Made by a program: the position numbers and the translations under genes. A stretch of DNA of 64,000 nt from Bacteroidales bacterium. Its GTDB lineage: Bacteria > Bacteroidota > Bacteroidia > Bacteroidales > UBA10428. The stretch spans positions 30,175 to 94,174 of the forward strand of contig JAFGQO010000052.1 of assembly GCA_016935615.1 (NCBI GenBank). Reading direction: 5' to 3'. Shown here piece by piece: positions 30,304 to 37,182 of this stretch (its first letter is position 1; each line of letters begins with the position of its first letter). Below the pieces are notes generated by a model. It made no database searches. It was not told where the DNA came from and saw only the letters and a list, made by a program, of their open reading frames with translations.

Positions 30304-31239
30304 TTACTTCAAAACCGGATAATCTATCTTCTTCTGGCTACCTGAAAAGCACCGGGCAAGTGAAGCAGTTGTTTGCGAAAGACCCACCATTAACGGGCGG
30401 GTGGTCTTACCGAAATGCACATCGCGTACCAGCACATTGAGCAGTTCGGCCTTAATTTCTTTTTCCAGGTCTTCCAGTCCCGGATAACTTCCGGCAAGCT
30501 GAAAAACCTGTTCGTCCACAAAAGGACGGTAGGGCTCCATAATGTCGTCGGCCAGGCAATACGCATTATAGCGGTTATGATGATGTATGCCGAACGTGGG
30601 CATTAATCCGCTGCCCGTAAGTGCCCTTGCCACGGCAGCGCGTAGCACAATATACCCGTAATTCAGAAAATTGTTTGGAAACGGACCATAGCGCTCTCGT
30701 GTAAACCCTTCACCAAAAAGCCTTGTCCAGTACAATCGTGCAGCCACACCTTCCCGGCCGGTCGAATCGTCGCTTTTCACATCTTTTGCCAGGGTCTGGA
30801 TATCATTCCATTCTTTTCCCAACTTATCCAGTAACCGTGCCTGGTTGGTTATTTTGGCCTCAACTGTTTGCTTCCATAACCCTTTTTTCAGAGGTTCACT
30901 GATCGACACCTGCTGCCGGAATAACTCTCCCTGCAAATGATTTCCCTCCAGCGGAAAAAGCATGGAATGCGGCATGTGGCTGCTGTTACAAAAAATAACA
31001 GCCACGTTATTAGCTGCTAATTCATCAAGTAATGGCATGCTTATAATGATTTGCTTATGTTCCAGTACTACAAAACCCAGGTCTTCAACCGGAATTGTTG
31101 TTTTATCACCACTTTGCGGATCACTCACCCCTGACAGGGTTTGAAACCCTGTCAGGGGTTCAATCCTGTTTACTATAAGCTGTTTGTTTTTAACTGACAA
31201 ATAGCAGGGGGTTGAAAAATAAACTGTTCTTTTGAGCAT
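30304..31239 (-). CDS. cas1: CRISPR-associated endonuclease Cas1 (type II)
   Basis: ATG at 31239 (MLKRTVYFSTPCYLSVKNKQLIV, a typical type II Cas1 N-terminus). The 25-codon upstream extension in the track ORF is read through a palindrome and is rejected. Conserved Cas1 C-terminal core motifs are GIHH.NRYN.Y.LADD.MEP.RP.VD. Confidence 0.9.
   Translation of the reverse strand: MLKRTVYFSTPCYLSVKNKQLIVNRIEPLTGFQTLSGVSDPQSGDKTTIPVEDLGFVVLEHKQIIISMPLLDELAANNVAVIFCNSSHMPHSMLFPLEGNHLQGELFRQQVSISEPLKKGLWKQTVEAKITNQARLLDKLGKEWNDIQTLAKDVKSDDSTGREGVAARLYWTRLFGEGFTRERYGPFPNNFLNYGYIVLRAAVARALTGSGLMPTFGIHHHNRYNAYCLADDIMEPYRPFVDEQVFQLAGSYPGLEDLEKEIKAELLNVLVRDVHFGKTTRPLMVGLSQTTASLARCFSGSQKKIDYPVLK
31128..31158. 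repeat. REP-like palindrome copy b (in-frame inside cas1)
   Basis: CCCCTGACAGGGTTT-G-AAACCCTGTCAGGGG is translated on the minus strand as EPLTGFQTLSGV. Confidence 0.85.
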
Positions 31240-31261
31240 GGTTATATGTTTTTCTCTTGCG

Positions 31262-31292
31262 CCCCTGTCAGGGTTCGGAACCCTGACAGAGG
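31262..31292. repeat. REP-like palindrome copy c (23 nt upstream of the cas1 ATG)
   Basis: CCCCTGTCAGGGTT-CGG-AACCCTGACAGAGG. This is the stem variant with the T:A pair flipped relative to copies b, d, e and f. Confidence 0.8.
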
Positions 31293-31316
31293 TCAGATAG
31301 TTGTCTGCAAACACTC

Positions 31317-31349
31317 AACGCTGACAGGGTTCTAAACCCTGTCAGCGTT
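31317..31349. repeat. REP-like palindrome copy d (flanks the 3' end of the RAYT gene)
   Basis: AACGCTGACAGGGTT-CTA-AACCCTGTCAGCGTT forms a perfect 15-bp stem. It is identical to copy f except for one loop base. Confidence 0.9.
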
Positions 31350-31360
31350 ACAAATAACAT

Positions 31361-32014
31361 TTAAAAGATCTTTTCTATTCCGGTTAATTCCGGAGGGTAT
31401 TTATGACAGTAAATAGAGTTCTCTTTATCATCGAACCATTCAATAATATCATTTTTCCTGATTATACCTGGTTTATCAGAAACGATTGCATTATATGATG
31501 AATATTCCCAATCCCGGGGATCAGCACAAAAACTGGCTTCCACAGGATTAAAATGAATGCAATGAACCAACTTGTAAAGGTAATTCTCATCGTCTATTGC
31601 CCTGCGCTTAAAAGGTCTGTTAAACAAACTTCCAATACGGCTTTGCTGCTTATTAAAAGCCTGGGTGTAAGCATTGAATAAATTTGAAAACTGTTTGCTA
31701 AAGAAGTTGGAGATGAGTTGTTGCTTTCTCAACCCTGACAGGGTTTCGAACCCTGTCAGGGTTTGGCTATGATTGACTTTTTCTTTCAGATACCTGACAA
31801 CCTCCCGTTTGTTTCTGATTTTAATCAGTAAATGAAAATGATTAAGAAGAAGACAATAACAAAAAGTATGGGCGACAGGATAGATAAAATCCTGATAACG
31901 TTTCATAAAATACCGGTAATTATCATCTGAGGTGTAAAGCTTCTCGTTACCAACAGCCCGGTTGTAAATATAGTAAGTCTTTTCCGGTTCCAGTATGTCT
32001 GTATATTTGTTCAT
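31361..32014 (-). CDS. REP-associated tyrosine transposase (RAYT) / IS200-like Y1 HUH transposase
   Basis: 217 aa. The HUH motif lies in LLLNHFHLLIK. The C-terminal GSLFNRPFKRR...YLYKLVHCIHFNPV carries the catalytic-Tyr helix pattern of COG1943-type proteins. The gene is flanked by palindromes. Confidence 0.8.
   Translation of the reverse strand: MNKYTDILEPEKTYYIYNRAVGNEKLYTSDDNYRYFMKRYQDFIYPVAHTFCYCLLLNHFHLLIKIRNKREVVRYLKEKVNHSQTLTGFETLSGLRKQQLISNFFSKQFSNLFNAYTQAFNKQQSRIGSLFNRPFKRRAIDDENYLYKLVHCIHFNPVEASFCADPRDWEYSSYNAIVSDKPGIIRKNDIIEWFDDKENSIYCHKYPPELTGIEKIF
31731..31763. repeat. REP-like palindrome copy e (in-frame inside the RAYT ORF)
   Basis: AACCCTGACAGGGTT-TCG-AACCCTGTCAGGGTT is translated on the minus strand as QTLTGFETLSGL, between the HUH and Tyr motifs. 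Confidence 0.85.
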
Positions 32015-32042
32015 GGTTATCCTTGAACTTTTAATTTAACCA

Positions 32043-32075
32043 AACGCTGACAGGGTTCGAAACCCTGTCAGCGTT
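32043..32075. repeat. REP-like palindrome copy f (between the cas9 stop and the RAYT ATG)
   Basis: AACGCTGACAGGGTT-CGA-AACCCTGTCAGCGTT forms a perfect 15-bp stem. Confidence 0.9.
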
Positions 32076-32146
32076 AAATTGTCTTTTGCATCTTTTATCC
32101 CAATAAATAGCAGAGTATCGAAAATACATAGCTCGTTTAATCATGG

Positions 32147-35100
32147 TTATATCTTTATTATTTCCCCTAATGCTGTTATTTTAAAATCTACACCCTCTAT
32201 AACAGCATTAAAATTTGTATGTATAAATTTTCTATATAAAACAATTGGCTCATTTAGTTCAAATTTTCCATCTTTTACTTTAAGATCACTCTGAGAAATT
32301 GCACATTGATGAAACAAACAAAAAATTACAGCATATTTACCACTTTCTCCAAAACTCTTTATTTCGTATAACCGTTTTTGCAATTCAGAATAATCTTTCC
32401 AATTAATATCATCAATATTTTCATTTTTTTGTAATAAAAGAATAAATAAATCTTGTTTGAGCATTTGCTTTAGTTCCAAATAACATTTTTTACTTCTATG
32501 CTCAAAATAATCATTGATGGGAAGAGTTACATCATTTTCATGGGAATTTAATAGACGACCAACATCTAAATTATTTAAAAAACGATATTTAACAATTTTA
32601 TCATCTGAATATATCCCTAACAAATAATTCCCATCATTATCCACATATGTTTTTTCTTTGTAATCTTTCCCAAATTTTTCAATTCTTTTTTTGTGTTTTT
32701 TTGATTTGTGTGAATTTTCTTTAAGAGGAATTGCAGTTAAATAACCTTTAGCTTTTATCTGGCGGCATCTAATGGTTTTAATTATCATTTCTTTTTTTCC
32801 ATCCTCTACTGGCAACACTATTTGTCCTTTGCTTTTTACGTTTTTTAATCCATATTTTAATATTCTGTCTTGAATCCCTTTGTCAACAATATTTTTAATT
32901 CCTGATTCATTTAAGTTTTCTATGGGCATTCTTTTTACATACCAATCCTCATATACTATATCATCATTTTCGTTCTTTTTAATTTGATTTTTGCTATCTA
33001 GCATTGGACGTTTTATTTTTCCAAAGAAAAAATCTTTATGCAATTTATCCCGAATGCCAGTTGTAATATTATTCGCTTTATCATTATGCCATGTATACCG
33101 CGCTTCTTTCTCAAATACTACTTTACCGTCTTTGTCTTTTACAAACTCATATCCTTTTAAATTAATAGTCCCTTCAGTTTCTCTGTATTCATCAAAACTG
33201 TTTAAAACTTTAATGTTTTGTTTATTATCGACTTTAAAAATATGCAGTATAAAATCAGGGGTCACATCGTTTCGCTTTCCTTTTACGGGAACATTTTTCC
33301 CATTAATATCGGTTTTGTATTTCCACTCAAGTACTTTAATGCTTCCATTAGTGTCTTTTTCAATTTGGTCAGCGCGATGTACAATTTTACCCCGAACACG
33401 TATCTTTTTTTTCGTTTGTTTCTTTAAATTATCCTTGATACGATGAGAAACTAAAATGCTTTCACGTAGATTTTGCATATCAATCAAAAAGTTTTCCCAA
33501 GGTATTAGCTGTTCTCTGGCCTCTACGATCTGTTCCTTTAGTTTTTTAGTCCCCTCGCTTTTTTCTTCTTTATTAAAATGTAAGGCTTTTTTAAGAAGTT
33601 CTTGTAAATAGTAATAGCGCTCTAACTTTTTCAATGTCTCTGGTTTTCTGCGTGCAAAACCAACAAGACAGGCACAATATACAGCGTCAATAGTGTGATG
33701 GACATGGTTGTCACGGCTTTTCTCATATCCTGTAATTTTTCTAAACTCGTCTACAAATAAAGAGCTAATATTGAAAACATTGTTAAAAGCACTTTTAAGA
33801 TATAATAAAGCATATTTGTTTATAATACCTATGTCTGTTAATTGACGATTCTTAAAATCATCAGTTACTTCTGTAAGTTTGAAATTGTTCACTTTCTTTT
33901 GCCAATAGTCAAGATGCATTTTTAAATAGTGACGTTCTTGAATATTGTGGTTTTTAGTGGCTTTATCATGTATGTTTTTTCCTTTACGTTTTAAATCCTC
34001 AATCCTATCTTCCAGTATCTCCACTTTTTTTTCCCAACGTTTTATGAATGTAAGAATTCTATCGTAATCATTACCCAATTCCGATGGGAGTTTATTCCCT
34101 TTTATGCTTCGATTGTAATAACTTTCAGCAATGGTCTTATTTGATAGAGAGTTATCAAATGATTTACTTAAAGGAATAGTATGTTCAATGTCATGTTTAT
34201 TACCATTTATTAAATCGGCCATTCCAATTTGATTCCCGGTATATATACAAATTCCATTCTGCTCCCTCCAAAGACGATACTTTTCGATAGCATAGTCGGG
34301 CAATTTCATCCTTTTTTCTCTTTTTGTAAACTGAGCTGTATGGATTTCCAACTTGTTATAAAATTGTTCTGCTTCGTTTTCGTCTTCCAATTGTTCTACC
34401 CAGAATTTAATTTTGTCTTTTTCATCATTTCCCGGTTGAATATCCAGCTTATTCTCTTTATAGAACTCAACCAATAAATTTTTGTAAAATTCATTCTCTG
34501 TTTCCCTCTCTTTTTGAAAACGTTCAATAGCCTTTCGCATATTATAATCATTCACATCTCTTCCTAATTCAACAACAATCTGAGTTTCATCATCAATAAC
34601 ATTATTGATTAACAATGCATTTATCACTTTCCTTAACTCGCACATAGCACGCATAAACAGGGGATTCTTAATAGAATTTATTAAAGGACTTTTCAGTAAA
34701 CGTACCCCATTTTTGTTAGGTTCTACTTTTGGATAAAATTCAATGGCAGACGGGTGATAAATTTTCTTTGCTTTTTCTTCTTCTATTGCCAATTCATTTA
34801 TTAAATAATCCTGAACTTGTTGCTTTATACTTTTTGTCTTTATAAAAGAACCACCAATATTTCCTGATTGTAATTGTCTCTCAAAATCGGCCTCAACTTC
34901 AGCTATTATTTTATTTCGAATTTCCTGTTCAAAACCATTCCATGTTTTTTCTCCATACTTTTTTAAAAACTGTTTTAACACAATCTCTTTGTCTCTATCA
35001 TCTAAACAATATTTTGTGTGCGCATTTTTTGATTCATTTCTGAAAATAGCAATACAATCATTGACAATATCATTTTTCTTTTTTTCATAGGAGTATTTAT

Positions 35101-36559
35101 CGAAAATACTATTAACATCTTCTAAAATATCATCAGGAATATTTTCTCCTTTTGAAAGTTCTAAAATATCTGGTATTTTGGCCAACAATATTGCTTTGTC
35201 AGGTCGATACCCTTCTATTAGAAATGGCATTATTTTGCCAATTGCTTTAAAACTTAGATTTGCATAACCTTGTTTTATAGGGGCATTAATGAACCTTTCA
35301 GCTTTATCATCACCTAACCCAAACTTATTTTTAGCAATGTCTATTAATGGTCCATCCGCTTTATCCTGAATAAAATGATCAAAAAACATGTGCCAAATAT
35401 CACGGATATCGATATATTTATTTTCTCCCTTTTTATTTTTACCATTATAAAATTTTACGGATTTCCAATCTTCCCCAAACAAATCTTTCAAGTGAGCGCT
35501 TACTGGGCAGCCACTAACCGTTGTTGTATCTTTATAGTTAAATTCATAGATTCCGGTTTTATCAATCATATTATGTATATCTTCAAACTTAAAAGTGCCT
35601 TTGCTTTTTCGATAAAAAAGAGGTAAAATATTTTCTTCAATGCTTATACCAAAATATGTTTGCTCTCTCAATGATTTAAAATTCTTCTTCTCTTCGCCAA
35701 CTTTTTTAATTTTGATATTATTGATAAAAGAATACATCCTGTATTCTTCAAATTCGATAGAACTTAAAGGGCATCGGGATTTACCGGTTTCAAAAACACA
35801 TTTTCCCACATTCCCTTTTTGAGACTTTAAAGGCCGAGCTTCAAAAATTGTCTTTCTAACTTCCTTAATAAATTCTTCCGATAAATTTTGATGTCGACAA
35901 ATTGCGTGAAAATCCAGTTCCAACGTTTTTCGGGAAATTTTATTTTCTTCAGTAGTATTTCGAATTCTTTCTGCCTTTATATGCTTTTGATACAGAATCT
36001 TACTCTTTGGAATATCTCCATATTCTTCTTCGTATTCTTTGTGATACTCAATATCTTTGGGTAAACTTTTTTTGTTTGTACTAACTTCTGTGGCACTTAA
36101 CAGGGATAAAGTATCCTTTTTATTGCTTTTAAATCCTCTTCGTTGTGTTAAGTGATAGAAAATTCGTCCCAATTCTTTTTTTGATAATTTTTCTCCATCG
36201 ACTGCCCTTTTTCTCAATTCATAGGGATTTAATTTAAACCATTCTATAAGTTTCTCTCGAACCGGATAACTTCGTTTTTTATGCCAAGAAGTTAATTCAT
36301 CATCCTCAAAAGGATGGAACTCTTTCCCTAATAATCGTAAAAGTTCAATTTTCCTGCCTTTTCTTCTATAATTTAATTTTCTAGCACCTCTATGAGAGGT
36401 TCTTTCTGCTGCTCTTGATGAATCCTGATATTCATCTCCATAACCTCTTTGAAATATCCTTACACCTTTTTCTTTTAGTTCCAATTTTCCTTCTTTATTT
36501 TCCACCACTGCCCAACCAATGCTGTTGGTCCCTAGGTCAAGTCCTAAAATTTTTGCCAT
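32147..36559 (-). CDS. cas9: CRISPR-associated endonuclease Cas9 (type II-C, 1470 aa)
   Basis: RuvC-I is MAKILGLDLGTNSIGWAVV. The Arg-rich bridge helix is RTSHRGARKLNYRRKGRK. RuvC-II is IVVELGRD. HNH is DIEHTIPLSKSFDNSLSNKT....YNRSIKGNKLP. RuvC-III is NHVHHTIDAV. There is no csn2 or cas4 in the locus. Confidence 0.97.
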   Translation of the reverse strand: MAKILGLDLGTNSIGWAVVENKEGKLELKEKGVRIFQRGYGDEYQDSSRAAERTSHRGARKLNYRRKGRKIELLRLLGKEFHPFEDDELTSWHKKRSYPVREKLIEWFKLNPYELRKRAVDGEKLSKKELGRIFYHLTQRRGFKSNKKDTLSLLSATEVSTNKKSLPKDIEYHKEYEEEYGDIPKSKILYQKHIKAERIRNTTEENKISRKTLELDFHAICRHQNLSEEFIKEVRKTIFEARPLKSQKGNVGKCVFETGKSRCPLSSIEFEEYRMYSFINNIKIKKVGEEKKNFKSLREQTYFGISIEENILPLFYRKSKGTFKFEDIHNMIDKTGIYEFNYKDTTTVSGCPVSAHLKDLFGEDWKSVKFYNGKNKKGENKYIDIRDIWHMFFDHFIQDKADGPLIDIAKNKFGLGDDKAERFINAPIKQGYANLSFKAIGKIMPFLIEGYRPDKAILLAKIPDILELSKGENIPDDILEDVNSIFDKYSYEKKKNDIVNDCIAIFRNESKNAHTKYCLDDRDKEIVLKQFLKKYGEKTWNGFEQEIRNKIIAEVEADFERQLQSGNIGGSFIKTKSIKQQVQDYLINELAIEEEKAKKIYHPSAIEFYPKVEPNKNGVRLLKSPLINSIKNPLFMRAMCELRKVINALLINNVIDDETQIVVELGRDVNDYNMRKAIERFQKERETENEFYKNLLVEFYKENKLDIQPGNDEKDKIKFWVEQLEDENEAEQFYNKLEIHTAQFTKREKRMKLPDYAIEKYRLWREQNGICIYTGNQIGMADLINGNKHDIEHTIPLSKSFDNSLSNKTIAESYYNRSIKGNKLPSELGNDYDRILTFIKRWEKKVEILEDRIEDLKRKGKNIHDKATKNHNIQERHYLKMHLDYWQKKVNNFKLTEVTDDFKNRQLTDIGIINKYALLYLKSAFNNVFNISSLFVDEFRKITGYEKSRDNHVHHTIDAVYCACLVGFARRKPETLKKLERYYYLQELLKKALHFNKEEKSEGTKKLKEQIVEAREQLIPWENFLIDMQNLRESILVSHRIKDNLKKQTKKKIRVRGKIVHRADQIEKDTNGSIKVLEWKYKTDINGKNVPVKGKRNDVTPDFILHIFKVDNKQNIKVLNSFDEYRETEGTINLKGYEFVKDKDGKVVFEKEARYTWHNDKANNITTGIRDKLHKDFFFGKIKRPMLDSKNQIKKNENDDIVYEDWYVKRMPIENLNESGIKNIVDKGIQDRILKYGLKNVKSKGQIVLPVEDGKKEMIIKTIRCRQIKAKGYLTAIPLKENSHKSKKHKKRIEKFGKDYKEKTYVDNDGNYLLGIYSDDKIVKYRFLNNLDVGRLLNSHENDVTLPINDYFEHRSKKCYLELKQMLKQDLFILLLQKNENIDDINWKDYSELQKRLYEIKSFGESGKYAVIFCLFHQCAISQSDLKVKDGKFELNEPIVLYRKFIHTNFNAVIEGVDFKITALGEIIKI

Positions 36560-36602
36560 AACTTTTTGTTTTTAGAGTTTTATATTATAAATTGCTTACT
36601 AG

Positions 36603-36688
36603 AAAAAATCAATTTTTCAATCTTATCACAATAAGGCTATATGCCGAAGGATATTAAATCCTGTAACCCCGCTTCGGTGGGGTTTTTT
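36603..36688 (+). ncRNA. tracrRNA (divergent from cas9); ends are approximate
   Basis: The anti-repeat UCAAUUUUUCAAUCUUAUCACAAU (36609-36632) pairs with crRNA repeat nt 1-24 (GUUGUGGUUUGAUUGAAAAAUUGA). That gives 22 pairs including two G:U, interrupted by a 2-nt U:U internal mismatch. Next come a nexus-like GGC-UAUAU-GCC, the hairpin AGGAU-AUUAA-AUCCU and the terminator CCCCGC-UUCG-GUGGGG plus U6, ending at 36688. Confidence 0.85.
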
Positions 36689-36978
36689 ATGTGACTATAC
36701 AACACTTCCTTGTACTCAGAAAAACAACTTTTATTCAGGAGTTACTTTATAATTGCCTTATTACGTTTCTATTATGATATGCAAAGAATTACAATTATTA
36801 AGTCAAGTTAACAAATTACTTCTTTATTGCCAAAAAGCATCAAGCCTGAAGTCGACTATTTACATGAGCCATTAACGTTTAAGATGAAGATCATTAAAAA
36901 TAGTGAACCAAAGTTTTATAATTAACGTCCATTCCGCATTGGAAAAGGGAATTGTTCTGGAATATGCGATATCTTTGT

Positions 36979-37182
36979 GGCGCATGCAAACTCACCTCTA
37001 CGAAATAACGAACAGAATGCGCCAAATTCTTTTTTTCATATACCCCAAGGCGATGCCTTGGGCTAAATTATTTTTGCCTTACAGGCAAAATGATAACAGT
37101 TTACTGCCTAAAGCCTTTATTAATTCAGCCTGGTGCAACGCACCAGGTTTGCCTGTTTTTATAAATTGTGGCATCTGCCATG
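36979..37182. repeat. Hairpin-cluster element (possible ncRNA or intergenic repeat)
   Basis: The long-range stem is GGCGCAT (36979-85) / ATGCGCC (37017-23). Three hairpins of identical design (8-bp stem, 3-nt loop) follow: CCCAAGGC-GAT-GCCTTGGG (37044-62), TTTTGCCT-TAC-AGGCAAAA (37072-90) and CCTGGTGC-AAC-GCACCAGG (37129-47). A weaker TGGCA-TC-TGCCA lies at 37169-80. Confidence 0.4.

Larger units (their letters stand above)
31317..32075 (-). mobile_element. REP-RAYT-REP unit (Y1 transposase gene bracketed by two near-identical 33-nt palindromes) inserted between cas9 and cas1
   Basis: Palindromes d (31317-31349) and f (32043-32075) bracket the 217-aa HUH/Y1 ORF. This is the arrangement described for REP-associated tyrosine transposases. 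Confidence 0.7.

Noticed and set aside
31240-31314. A 25-codon N-terminal extension of cas1 in the ORF track (MFADNYLTSVRVPNPDRGAREKHIT)
   Set aside because: The extension reads through palindrome copy c (VRVPNPDRG is the palindrome in its other open frame). The internal ATG at 31239 gives a canonical Cas1 N-terminus.
29907-36559. CRISPR-associated transposon (CAST-like) interpretation of the transposase-in-cas-operon arrangement
   Set aside because: There are no Tn7-like genes (tnsB, tnsC, tniQ) and no transposon ends. Cas9 retains all nuclease motifs (RuvC D8, HNH His, RuvC-III HH..D), and cas1-cas2 are present. A Y1/REP insertion is the simpler explanation, though a functional link is left open in the findings.
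29907-36559. Classification as type II-A or II-B
   Set aside because: There is no csn2 or cas4 ORF anywhere between the array and tracrRNA. The only extra ORF is the Y1 transposase, so the locus is type II-C.
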